DNA from: a virus
Length of the DNA stretch: 64,000 bases
Reading direction: 5' to 3' (one strand)
IMG/VR virus record: IMGVR_UViG_3300032282_002017
Coordinates: 2,531 to 66,530 of that record
Shown: piece after piece, positions 18,501 through 25,197 of the stretch
Numbering within the stretch: the stretch's first letter is position 1
How the letters are laid out: each line of letters opens with the position of its first letter
The notes under the pieces: generated by a model
Seen by the model: the letters and a program-made list of their open reading frames with translations, nothing else
What the model was told of the DNA's origin: nothing
Databases searched by the model: none
Made by a program: the position numbers and the translations under genes

Positions 18501-19942
18501 AGATCATTGCTAATGAATATGGCGGCACAGAACCAGCCGACACATCGCGCCTCAACTCTTGGGCTAGAAACGCTGCGTATCAGGAGCTTTCCAAGATTAC
18601 CGCGCTGGCTGAAAACATGAATCAAGTCGCACGGCAATCTAACTTTACCTTGGAGCCTACTGGATTGGGCGGATGGCTTTACAGCGGGCTTAAATTTGCC
18701 GACGCCTTTGTTCAAAAGAAATCGGAAGCGTTTGTTGTGCGGATGAAGCAAGACCTTTTGCAAAATGGCGGAAGTGCATTTAGCAAGATCATGGTTGGCG
18801 TAGCTGAACTTATCCAAGCAGGAGCAATGCAGACACTACCAATTTTGGGCCTCCAATTTGCCAAATTTGCGCTCAATAAGCTGAATCAGACCATTTCATT
18901 CATTCCCGTTGCCGGACTCATTAGAACCAAGGAATCAAGCGTTGAAGGCCAGCGTGTACACACGGCGATGATTTGGAGAAATCAGGCCGTTGGAACAATG
19001 CTATTCTCGTTCGTTTACTTTACTTTGAAGGCTATCGAAGATGAGCCAGATGATGAAAAGCGCGGATGGGGTATTGAAGGCGGATGGAGTAATCTTACCC
19101 CGCAAGAAAAACGTCAACGTGATGCAGCCGGATTGAAGGAGCACACGATTTGGTGGAGAGGCAAGGACGGCAAGCGAACCGTGGCAAATTTTATGAACTG
19201 GCCGATTAGCCCAATTCTAGCTGCCGCTGGAGCCATGTCGGATCAAATCAAATACAGCCCCGACCAATGGGCGCAGGGCGGCGTTTTAAAGCGTGGCGTC
19301 ACGATGGGTTGGGCTATGGGTAAATCCGTGTCTGAAACATCAGCGCTAAGTCAGTTCACAGAACTGTTTGGTAGTAGCATGGCCTCCCGTGATCCAGTTG
19401 AGGCATTTGCAAATAAAGCAGCGCGTGTATTTGGCGGCTACGCTGGCGGCTACATTCCTCGTATTTTCAAGGATATTGACCGCAATATGCAGCCAGAAAT
19501 TCGTAAATACGAAGGATGGGAATATCTAGGCAAGGAATTGCCCTATTACCGCAGATACATCGGCAAAGAATATCTCGACATTTTTGGCAACGTCATTGCG
19601 CCGTCTCAAACGCCTTGGTCGCGTGAATTTGTTCATCAGCCAGCAAGCCCTGAATATGAGATGTTAAGCCGTGTTAATTCGCATGGAGTTTGGTTATCGC
19701 CAGCCGTGGCGGAGAACCGTCTCGTTGGCAAAGGTTCACATAAGCGTGAGATGACAGACGACGAGGCCAATCGCTACGTCAAGATCGTTGGTAAGGGCTA
19801 TTCCGACCTGATTCTCAAATATGGCGAACGAATCATCTCTATGCCAAAAGACAAAGCCAAGAAATTCGTCGCTGAAAAGGCAGACGACATTAGAGATAAG
19901 GCCACCAAACGTGCTATAAAACAACCCTTGACTTCGGGCTAA
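6509..19942 (+). CDS. Giant (4477 aa) polyvalent internal virion protein with lyase-, ART-, PP2C- and zincin-like modules
   Basis: Uninterrupted 13.4-kb ORF. G/A-rich hydrophobic N-terminus; motifs GWKLHLS/FTIY, DG/GD/ASDGL/DD, HEGLVH, GYDGII..VVFNPNQIKS, EExxH x2; helical C-terminus. Confidence 0.85.
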   Translation: MPTYELRSQKTGRTYEVDFANPPSDTDIDESINQFDAANPVADEPLIDISDTLKAAGQAVSGITTTAPHAFRQLYSGLDNPWQRSEGYNASQAEMDRLNAETEAANQAAVESGDISTMSRGMRQAGQSIGFSAGAMGAGLLGSSTAGTAGRYVGGLFGPEGVPIGEAVGRGVGAVGAGYGAAYRMAGAQFLDDARKEIDDKFMVKLGRLPNAQEQEEAYNELKPLAEAFGHAEAGPEAIGNLAMAKAGKFIFGLGGKKAVTSLAANALKKVGVGAGGLATELGGETATQVEQNRIEEQKNALLSGQAPPEQGARTVDEYSKALGEVAPATLATMGLMGSVPAAYKAGTIIKGAFTPKPQEAPQVQEAVIAADDALAQAAADPLVPVSETSKAYAEFLATMERGEQSPAETPSDVESRLAAIQSAPSAFYQQLQRGITPQAAIAGQETPLDVEQRLSAIQNEPIATAPVGTPLSEVGTEEAAATIGDSSLDLGNDGGAVLEEAQPEAPRQAPSKTLASPTTVDETPRLKAAIAQKPDGKTSGSRVTDVDANNDFAKNGGWKLHLSVKPENYKAVDEWLHKNHKGQYKLLSGGSPEEGSDFTIYVGHKDAANSLASKMESEIGEFLNPFESGPAKDAKFNAKVGGRFDVSRTGKSKDIPWNFAGMSGVPFDETAMEAINYIGDAPKTREQFASKAAPEIERINKQLAAKYGDRYTGTVTPTTEESLSVETPKTKIEDFSNPDEFYRVVVGDEAFNDIVESGQVRTNAANKNKTGSSLADKLAARPTAFPSFSKGQAAVSYAQDNPNHYIVVTADESIKPSTSGRHSKGKTMFPTDASGKHLPSLDAKKVRVYKHLANGNYELVYDRGNVVSKKQAAKPLANPIVRAHAGDIEERTETENAPRITELVRKAAAINSGKEKGADLGFAPTKSEPTNQADSIDSFVKGMTPMVAKRARNALDESVSSGGMPFQRKELVQNKVAAGAKVEQKVTTDTARIKKLESLIRSMRNTVPFGNPNHPETIAFNAAKDELAAGPKITQRRLVNPDGSFLAESQISKTAMDYAEHLIASQKSQPTKPITPPVETPTNATEGKPMSGDSGSVAGLSVPLTAKVTKVGKSDFPAQHGAAYQVSFNNGSIGFIANKKQSIPTSDPSVFITRPDDYIEDSLGGNDNISVIVDGTSDEGTGMKVHDLPKIILDSWDYSKPPLDNVKSALALFYKKHKSAFQASQYPSAIGTIALSVNYPKGSGKFEGKTLVVTVGDTIALVDGKPIQTLGKVYISPNGDVLGIDPFKFKGVMQAPFTITDATNKSVVIASDGLSKAIQDNPNGTIEEWLNHPETQHKGILQDDVSVIDLRQAKISLAPQSTEKAEKPSATQEIVTRLNSASSRDEAREILSGVKDLLALKEVAKAMNYPTTGIKKDVVNRLVAAVGSRADGKAIRGDNPRILNTPTIVRTPEQQAAFDEERRLENERAKELDVNIPKKKPRTAEEFARDMEAIMAPSQGETPSAKVDLTQNPLVRGDEAPVTRQPFPASSQDTMLPTNPKVEAGVSALQNIISELPVGAQAKYTTEVLSKAAKFFESGNSADLDGLTSIQKTKINEARYRSNAAAEAQEKAERKLYEKKLREEEKENARLEKERAEQEKLTESRRESLDSIIGTPTGVEMNAVSPMDGQESLALVHNSGDVPGVLNAFVGTSKEFLANKQNEKDFPELYKIIKAGRVDEGNFAYGRAFVFTDGIGVNASDRANATKLGITPSVAAVRRVLIHEGLVHRGIYGLPARLQMQILQWVRQNATPQELDALAKDYPQYADWATNPQQMLGLAEEFLAKKVEKMTKFPTSGPLARLVEILKDIWRYITGKDGEPTVKNLRDVVKLLKAGAKAADARLVNGGGIKMSQLRAQGFVTPEMDAEYAKAIADGDVAKQQAMVDSAAKAAGYNVFNVGNGIVYEKGDEPTTVYGPRDNVMSHGGEMGFYFSDSPKVWADYSKPRRAGEKGKINRVSLSLKKPLVFAQENISYDNFKAKMIESGVTLPAIVSSRLDRLVNGGLGKVQPVWFWLHPTHVGAGAEYGSALRDAFVKAGYDGIIHPDSSLIEGGLDEPATSHVVFNPNQIKSADPITRDDNGQVIPLSQRFNAAKADIRESRISYTNPLDAQLASASERMRQMREKVVTQEVEPSLGGLSEAEVVIPTAFRGQTTPFEGKIPKGGLHFSSDEDYARSYMLDGFSNIAGEESSITSGSLLFRNPLDLRGVKTKVQAEASFAKAGIPLSTKVRLYPFTQNEEYKGEKTLREWFAFLDSAIDGFGPDFSPNEALTDHLGEAIRPFVDGIIFDEHGNPKTTSYVIFNSSQFSTRNPESSRAAGSMSPAQVRTEIRKAYDTAIQGSGSVQASLQQVYDTAKEAIPTLTEKQFGEQVQALYEDGSAFLVPTDRSSDMLAAGEKWGVYDVAGLPASYLGVMPSQETNYENDIRANTTSLRPRGTMEPRGGTEKYGATTPQLSPKDKSPRANTLRAVVDERVWRNLSPDQKKNALDDFGAKRLEGIAANSKLVSSSYRIAKAPSDHAFAALLPETNAERLVVEINPSIDPKHPILQKSALEAHAFMYDMMQEEMIHFAQHYNAWQQWVKSGAKGSVVAFENKHFNDQINELMAQRNAAIQNGDSNAARKIDTALIHAWNLYDPSRQVSTLDQLGNALGDAKVRMPEFMMEVTRQLVQIGRQDFTTETGWAKFRDMLVKWANDVLNSLRNTLASVRSGEFGQLLKDEVANIERIVNQIETGDGVLPSQESPIVKATPIDQNALKSIIDKAASKPISDDSIKSFIRDTVALHGALSKVRMARFDPNAPLQVMPHENGELVMGLGEGQARQIIRDSGSSEAGFRYIADAIEEEIIHLADYLAIRSKWESQGSKGNFIVFAQRETQRLTKDLQDVAKTLSDSDKEALRKTLGATVASYHDKSEIANASLEQLIQLSANTSAPMFAHSELIRSLIQAKRSGEITATGYKRIANTLVKWLQDALNWLKQAYGQSRSGGFGNVLAQRIQDTEQQLEMLGVMPTEIKASKAQKDVDTAIHSARGITGKVDKIVNGLPANSYTGKPLQDAMSQSFAPLGSQKFYDETKSLIVAAIDDMVKRGIDSGDILATVIQPDFTEEAMKGWNESAKSVAKSIYFNHGLLLAIQKQEQLMNDGDITAANNQQDKIDAWSKFWFNLTNNFGVTGNAIQRAMEDPAYQGLYLLTNFAAQTQKGQKEVTDSNVANPNEVAKDINDAGAKSKDDADSDVADALTGIQFEDEIAAGEAALTPENRTLWERAKAILRSLARIAKAETFFAAKGIKASNAAESADEEVARYIQMGPKGVGVLKAKLQKEFGSIVAKLTGTEKTATPRKPRTPKEEAVHPLIARMIARTAAKLNAGTNLDAALADLMPEAPSYRDRIVDDVVSGIVGRANRSIKKPVAPKTLADLTKQLKRILSENIKVEPKTIPEESLGKKALRAFGYVASNEQIVEDAWNKARNKVQETLQEENKDATPEEIETLLNSLMSEVPKQLYSSSQARSIIRESLEGGKFDNSKEILDDVNGARDAVLKSIEDAVKQEKAANPDQFQHDPSYEKSYILNEFNALVADLQKARDAGIAASNKAVRDAVFGADAQKALKIIVRKLTAVRPGIDAPLAPALAWKRLFEMTQTDQGQIKGRMFDIVKDEPAFADLDNADKQKLADILEKAWDARRAQVLEKEFDRLRIKHRNRMTKKAAKVFDKRPAILRKIDSGVFDYDDLAVLVGEEFGIKPLTAAENKRAKEISARLSEDISPHERTKLQNELQEMMVNKNLSLGEMLKAWWISAVLTGPRTAFTIGWSFLSGGYELMGHAATVLLNPKMSMAEKGAAIGDSIKNWWSSIGPELRSAYMYVLTGDKTLQDPAALMQSAFFDNQFRKEMGRFSFSVAEKMIASKNQLVRYAGWFMTYGSRILNALDAFNFNITKAGSAPLVYSMLNNSYQAGSFQTSKLFKEARKKIIANEYGGTEPADTSRLNSWARNAAYQELSKITALAENMNQVARQSNFTLEPTGLGGWLYSGLKFADAFVQKKSEAFVVRMKQDLLQNGGSAFSKIMVGVAELIQAGAMQTLPILGLQFAKFALNKLNQTISFIPVAGLIRTKESSVEGQRVHTAMIWRNQAVGTMLFSFVYFTLKAIEDEPDDEKRGWGIEGGWSNLTPQEKRQRDAAGLKEHTIWWRGKDGKRTVANFMNWPISPILAAAGAMSDQIKYSPDQWAQGGVLKRGVTMGWAMGKSVSETSALSQFTELFGSSMASRDPVEAFANKAARVFGGYAGGYIPRIFKDIDRNMQPEIRKYEGWEYLGKELPYYRRYIGKEYLDIFGNVIAPSQTPWSREFVHQPASPEYEMLSRVNSHGVWLSPAVAENRLVGKGSHKREMTDDEANRYVKIVGKGYSDLILKYGERIISMPKDKAKKFVAEKADDIRDKATKRAIKQPLTSG

Positions 19943-20016
19943 GTGGTGGAAAATTAAACGCGCCAAGGGAGTGTATCAGCACTCATCATGGCGCTAACAC
20001 CTAACACGCTACTAAC

Positions 20017-20727
20017 ATGTCAGACGCTAATCAAAAATACGTTCGGATTCCTCTTACGCAAGGCAAATACTGCATCATTAGCAGTGAAGACCTTCCGGTT
20101 ATCGGAAAATATCAATGGTTATTTGCCAATGATAGCGCGTGCAGAAACGCCAGCAAAAGCGAAAGGCAATCCTTGGGCGTTTGCCGTATTTGGATGCACC
20201 GTCAAATTATGGGGCATCCTCAAGACCTTGAAGTAGATCACGCCAATGGCGATAGACTGGACAACTCAAGGGATAATCTGCGCATTGCTAACAGAAACCA
20301 AAATATGTGCAATGCTAAGTGGGATGTGCCGACATCTGGATTCAGAGGGGTAGAGTTGATTCCAAGTAGGAAGAATAATTCTTGGTGTGCCAATATCCAA
20401 TTCCAAGGAAAAGGCGAATATCTTGGATCGTTCCCTTCAGCAAAAGAGGCGTACGCAGCTTACGAAAAACGCGGCAGAGAACTGCATGGAGAGTTTTTTG
20501 CTTTAGATCGTCCTCCACTAAAAGACCATTCGGTTATTCCTATTTGCCAGCGAGTTCCAAGGTCAAATCAATCATCATCTGGATTTAGAGGCGTATATCC
20601 GCGCAAAGACGGAAGCTGGCAGGCGGTTGTCAGGCATGAGCGGAAGAATATTTACCTTGGACACTTCAAGGAACCTGCGCTTGCGTCCTTGGCGGTTGAG
20701 GCGAAGATCAAAGAATTAAGGCCATGA
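20017..20727 (+). CDS. HNH homing endonuclease with two AP2 domains
   Basis: MHRQIM..VDHANGDRLDNSRDNLR..N, then two SGFRGV..W.A..YLG.F AP2 repeats. Own hairpin leader at about 19960-19994. Confidence 0.88.
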   Translation: MSDANQKYVRIPLTQGKYCIISSEDLPVIGKYQWLFANDSACRNASKSERQSLGVCRIWMHRQIMGHPQDLEVDHANGDRLDNSRDNLRIANRNQNMCNAKWDVPTSGFRGVELIPSRKNNSWCANIQFQGKGEYLGSFPSAKEAYAAYEKRGRELHGEFFALDRPPLKDHSVIPICQRVPRSNQSSSGFRGVYPRKDGSWQAVVRHERKNIYLGHFKEPALASLAVEAKIKELRP

Positions 20728-21284
20728 TAGAACCCGTTCAACAACACGAAACGCCATCAGGAGGATGGACATATCGCGATGAGCGCACTGGCATCTCATT
20801 TAAGGAACACGCATTAACAGCGATTCTCCAACGTGTGCACAAGTCTTGGATCGCAAACAACATCGAAATCCCCGAAAACTGGCAGGCTGTCATTCGCCAA
20901 GAGATTTGCGAGCAACGGCCCGATATTGAGTGCCGCGAGATTGGTGAGCCTGAACGGTTTACCACGTTTGCAGATGTAGAGCGATTTGCAGTTACGCTCA
21001 AGAACTGGCTATCACAAGGCGCTCAATGGGTTCCGCAAGAAGAGGCTGAACGTAGAGCGGCTATATGTGTTGCGTGCAAAGAAAACCGTCACGCTAAACT
21101 ATGCTTGGGTTGCACGGGGCTTCGTTGGCTTGCAGAGCGTTCTGGTATGCCATCATCCAGCCGTGATCCTGAATTGCAGTCATGCCGTAGGTGCGGTTGT
21201 CAGAACCGAATCGCTATTCATGTTCCAAAAGAGGCGCTGGATACTACGGGCGTTACGTTTCCAAGTCACTGTTGGAAGGCTTAG
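20724..21284 (+). CDS. Cys-rich (Zn-binding) hypothetical phage protein
   Basis: RRAAICVAC..CLGC..CRRCGC..CW; ATGA coupling to the upstream gene. Confidence 0.6.
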   Translation: MIEPVQQHETPSGGWTYRDERTGISFKEHALTAILQRVHKSWIANNIEIPENWQAVIRQEICEQRPDIECREIGEPERFTTFADVERFAVTLKNWLSQGAQWVPQEEAERRAAICVACKENRHAKLCLGCTGLRWLAERSGMPSSSRDPELQSCRRCGCQNRIAIHVPKEALDTTGVTFPSHCWKA

Positions 21285-21496
21285 CTCAAACTTTCGCCAT
21301 GCAAGTGACGTGACATACTTGATGCCAAAACATTATCATTATGGCGAGTATTAATCAGCATGGCTGAAGCAACAGAGGCCAAATCCATTGCCATTTTTCC
21401 TTCTTTGGGCCAAGTGGATTTACTTGCAATCGCAATGGCTGAATCCATTAATGATTGAAGAAATTCGGGGCAATTAAGGTCGATTTCAGTTTTCAT
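21281..21496 (-). CDS. Hypothetical protein
   Basis: Last ORF of the leftward block, converging with the 20724 gene. Confidence 0.4.
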   Translation of the reverse strand: MKTEIDLNCPEFLQSLMDSAIAIASKSTWPKEGKMAMDLASVASAMLINTRHNDNVLASSMSRHLHGESLS

Positions 21497-21522
21497 AATT
21501 GTTTTAGTTTACGTTATGCTTA

Positions 21523-22572
21523 TTAAGCAGCTTTTATCCATCCAGCGGGAACTGACACCTTAAAGCCAGCAGCCTCAAGCTTGGCTTTCATCGTTTGATT
21601 GTCGCTTTTAAGCTCCGAAGCCAGCACATGAAGCCGCAACGAACCCTTTGCCAATTTAGCCTCCACAAGCTCCTTCAAGCCCGAAGGCTCCCCGCTCGCC
21701 ACATCGCCAGCGGGAAGTGGCGCATGAGAACCCCCAACAATTCCCGGTGTTGGGGCTGCATGTGGCGTTGCAGTAACGTCCGGTTGACACTCCCTTTCGG
21801 GAAATAGTAGGTTATCAAGGCTATCGTCCTTGCAACCGTGAATGAGAACAGCCTCTTTGTTCACAAGCCCACCGCGAAGGCGAACCGTGCGGTTAATCGG
21901 CTTTGCATCGCAAGCAATGCCATCAGTAGTTTTGCGGAAATTGATCGTATTCCATTGGTCTGCGATGAGGTTTGTATCAGCCATTCCAATACGGCGAAGG
22001 CTTCCACGCAAATACACGTCAAAAGGAGGCTCAGGATTACGCGGTGGCGGTTTACTCAAGTCAGCCACAAGCGCAGAAGATTCGGGATGCGTGGACAAAT
22101 TGGCTGGATAGATGCCAACAGCCATCATCATTTTGTCATTCGTGACGGTGATAAGCTCACCAGCGCTAATCAGTGGCAAATCAACTACGTTGCCCATGCA
22201 CTCGCGGCCCTTTTGCTTGTATTCCTTCACCAGCGTATTTAGCCAGCCGTAGTCAATTGGACGCGCATCAAGCTCAAGCCACAAAAAGGGTTCTTTATTG
22301 CCGATATTCGCAAGGTGACGAACGGCGCTGACAAACAGCATGTTTACATCAGTGAACAGGCCAAATTGATACTCGTAGCTTGTCTCAAAGCATTCAACGC
22401 CACCAACGGAAGGACGAATTTCATCAGCGGCTTGCTTAGCTTCAGCGGCGCACGATGGCGAGTGAAGAAAAACGATGCCGTGGTCAATTAAGCCCCCAAA
22501 ATGAATGAGAGCTTTGACCATTTTTGGCAGACGGGTGACATCGTGAGTGGTTACAGGGATTACTACTTTCAT
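21523..22572 (-). CDS. Putative GT-A fold glycosyltransferase
   Basis: MKVVIPV N-terminal strand, FLWLELDA (ExD), late HGCKD motif; adjacent to other GTs. Confidence 0.55.
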   Translation of the reverse strand: MKVVIPVTTHDVTRLPKMVKALIHFGGLIDHGIVFLHSPSCAAEAKQAADEIRPSVGGVECFETSYEYQFGLFTDVNMLFVSAVRHLANIGNKEPFLWLELDARPIDYGWLNTLVKEYKQKGRECMGNVVDLPLISAGELITVTNDKMMMAVGIYPANLSTHPESSALVADLSKPPPRNPEPPFDVYLRGSLRRIGMADTNLIADQWNTINFRKTTDGIACDAKPINRTVRLRGGLVNKEAVLIHGCKDDSLDNLLFPERECQPDVTATPHAAPTPGIVGGSHAPLPAGDVASGEPSGLKELVEAKLAKGSLRLHVLASELKSDNQTMKAKLEAAGFKVSVPAGWIKAA

Positions 22573-22589
22573 AAGTGGCGTAAGTTCTT

Positions 22590-23600
22590 TTAGGCGATTC
22601 CAGCGTTTCGTTTAGCAACCATAAACTTCTTTAGCTCAGGGTCAAGCATTACATTGTCAAACCACGAAGGAATCCGCTTGGCGTTGTAGGCGAGTAATTC
22701 GGCCATCGCCTCGTCTTTGGTCAATTTCGGGTTATTCTGCCGCATGAATGTGATGACGACGCTAGGACTCATTTGCGACGGGCAATCGGGATACTGCCAC
22801 ATGCCGGGAGGCGTTTCGTGCATGTTCATCTCTGGCTTAGGCTTGGTTCGCTCTATAACGAGTTCTGGCGTGTCTCCAACGGCGGGTAGGGTCATGGAGC
22901 CATCGGCGCTGTATTGTGCGTTATTTGGGCTGGAATTGAACAAGCAGTCGGGCAACCATAAACAAACCTCCTGAATGCGAGGATGCTTCAATCCTTCCGC
23001 AATCGTCATACAGCTTGACTGGTTAGCGATTAGCAAGGCGCTACCAGCTATTACTTGCGCTGCAATCAAAAAATTCGCCGTTGGATAGTATTCGACCTCC
23101 CCAAATCGCTGTTCAAACAGATCGTGCTCCGGCTTAGTGCCAAGAAAAACCAGTTTCTTGCCATAGTGCTCAACGATTTTGCGCCAAGGAAAGTGCGGAT
23201 TTTCGTATCTGGTTGTTTTGTTGATAACCACACGTTCAGCCCATTTGGTGCTAGGTTTGACTGTTAGCCACGGTTGAGAAACGTCTGGAAACGTGGATAT
23301 GAATTCATCTCGGATTGCTGCTTCAGCATGGTTGAGAGCAAGGCTTAGGCCATTGTTGTGGTATCCGTATTTTCGGAAGTTCTCGGAATGCCAGTCGATA
23401 TGCTCGCCATTCCACGGGCGCACATCTTCAATGTAGGGTTGCGCCTTCACAAGCGGTGCCACAACGTCAAAGCGACGTAGAATGCCAGCGGTTTGCCCGT
23501 TGTCATACAGGTAGCAAATAGCTTTCTCGCCCTTGCTTTTGACGGTGGCTAGAGAAAGGAACAGATCACCCGCATCTCCAACGCTAGCGAAAGTAGTCAT
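22590..23600 (-). CDS. Glycosyltransferase family 9 (heptosyltransferase-like)
   Basis: GDAGDLFLSL and AAQVIAGSALLIANQSSCMTIAEGLKHP match GT9 motifs. Start set at the ATGA overlap (23600). Confidence 0.72.
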   Translation of the reverse strand: MTTFASVGDAGDLFLSLATVKSKGEKAICYLYDNGQTAGILRRFDVVAPLVKAQPYIEDVRPWNGEHIDWHSENFRKYGYHNNGLSLALNHAEAAIRDEFISTFPDVSQPWLTVKPSTKWAERVVINKTTRYENPHFPWRKIVEHYGKKLVFLGTKPEHDLFEQRFGEVEYYPTANFLIAAQVIAGSALLIANQSSCMTIAEGLKHPRIQEVCLWLPDCLFNSSPNNAQYSADGSMTLPAVGDTPELVIERTKPKPEMNMHETPPGMWQYPDCPSQMSPSVVITFMRQNNPKLTKDEAMAELLAYNAKRIPSWFDNVMLDPELKKFMVAKRNAGIA

Positions 23601-24946
23601 AATGTTTTTTCTCGGTATTCTCCTTGGTAATCTTCCCTGATGAAATTCCACGTCACTGTCTCATTATAGCCTTCAGGTGTCGTGTGGCATCCGTGGACGC
23701 CTATATGCCAGCTTCTTGAGGCTGTTGGCACAAGGCATTTCAGACCATTCTTAGGCATCACGCGCAAATGAATGTTCCAGTCGAAACCCGAAGGAGTTCC
23801 ATCTGCGTTTCCGCTGGAATAGTCTTCATCCCACCCCTGACGTAAGTAGTTGCGCCATCTGTCGGCCCATGTCAGCCAGATGTTACCCGAAAATCCTTCA
23901 TCGTAGGTAAATGTGGATGGGTCTTCATTGCTGGTAGGCCCAACGTTCTTGGCGCAAATGGCGAGCGTCTTAGGTTGCGCTTGTTGACGAGCCGATTCAA
24001 AGAATCGTAAAATGTCACTTGATGGAATGAAATCGTCCTCGGCCAAAATAACTGCGGTAGCTAATTGCAGGTCAAAAAGATTGTGGAATAGGTTTTTGGG
24101 ATTCTTCAACACCCCCAACCTCTCAGGATTCACATGCTTAATCACGGGAACTGGACATTTGGCGGCAAAGTCATCAATAACTTTGGTGATTTCGTCCAGT
24201 TTATCCGAAGGCTCGATGTAGAATTGAACCGATGTCACAAGCTCAAGATTCGTTTTTAGCCACGAAGCCAAAGTCTGTTTGAGGTAGTCAACGCGATTGT
24301 AAGCAGTAAAGGCAAGAACCACTTGGTTGCTTACTAGGCGCTCGTAAACCGCTTTGCCGTGGGCGTAGCGTTCTTTGGAGTTGCTGATGCGGGCCACTTC
24401 GTCCTCATGCCCATACCCTTGAGAGACGTGGGCATGTAGAAAACCAAGATCAACTTTCCCGCCTTCGGTGGCGTCAACGTAACCCCATGATTTTGCCATC
24501 GTCGTAAACCAGTCGTCACAACAGATAGACCTGAACGCGGGATGCCAAACGTAACCAATCGTGTCGTAGTATCTTTTTGAGAAGATTGGGTGGCACATCA
24601 ATTGGTCTTTGCGATGCTTATCGCCAACATGGAGAATGTCGGCACCCTTTGCCATATAAGAGCAAATCACCTCATTCCATCCAAAACAAGGCTCAAAATC
24701 ATCATCTACAACTATAAAAACATCTCCAGTGGCATGTTTAGCGGCCTCGTTCCAAGCTGGACATACACCAACTCCGTAGCTTAAAACAGCGTTCGGAAAT
24801 GCTTGTTTGCATGCCTCATCATCAGCGTCAATTGCGGTGATTATCTCAATATTCGCCGCATTCTCTGCGCGTTCTAGCCAGAGTTGCTGGCATTTCTTCC
24901 CCTCAATGGGCCTCTTTGTGGCATGCAAAAGCGATAGCTTCATCAT
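23597..24946 (-). CDS. Two-domain GT2-like glycosyltransferase
   Basis: First domain AIDADD..AWNEAAKHATGDVFIVVDDD; second domain FTAYNRVDYLKQTL..ILAEDDF..SRSWHIG. Confidence 0.8.
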   Translation of the reverse strand: MMKLSLLHATKRPIEGKKCQQLWLERAENAANIEIITAIDADDEACKQAFPNAVLSYGVGVCPAWNEAAKHATGDVFIVVDDDFEPCFGWNEVICSYMAKGADILHVGDKHRKDQLMCHPIFSKRYYDTIGYVWHPAFRSICCDDWFTTMAKSWGYVDATEGGKVDLGFLHAHVSQGYGHEDEVARISNSKERYAHGKAVYERLVSNQVVLAFTAYNRVDYLKQTLASWLKTNLELVTSVQFYIEPSDKLDEITKVIDDFAAKCPVPVIKHVNPERLGVLKNPKNLFHNLFDLQLATAVILAEDDFIPSSDILRFFESARQQAQPKTLAICAKNVGPTSNEDPSTFTYDEGFSGNIWLTWADRWRNYLRQGWDEDYSSGNADGTPSGFDWNIHLRVMPKNGLKCLVPTASRSWHIGVHGCHTTPEGYNETVTWNFIREDYQGEYREKTL

Positions 24947-24974
24947 TTATATGTCGTGTGGTTTACCGTAAAGA

Positions 24975-25166
24975 TCAAGCATATAAAACATGGTCGTATT
25001 GCAACTCATGCGATTCGCCCATGTCAGGATTTACTTCTGTTGTCCAATAATCCAACCCCGCTCTACTATGGTCGTCTTTGACGCATTGCCTCCATGCGTG
25101 CATTGGTGAAATGACGTTGTGAACCAAGATTTCCTCGCTATTTTCAATTGTGACTGAGTATGTCAT
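24975..25166 (-). CDS. Small hypothetical protein
   Basis: Fills the gap between terL and the GT genes; ATG at 25166. Confidence 0.35.
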   Translation of the reverse strand: MTYSVTIENSEEILVHNVISPMHAWRQCVKDDHSRAGLDYWTTEVNPDMGESHELQYDHVLYA

Positions 25167-25197
25167 TGGTTTAATTTTATGCCTAGATTCAATTACC

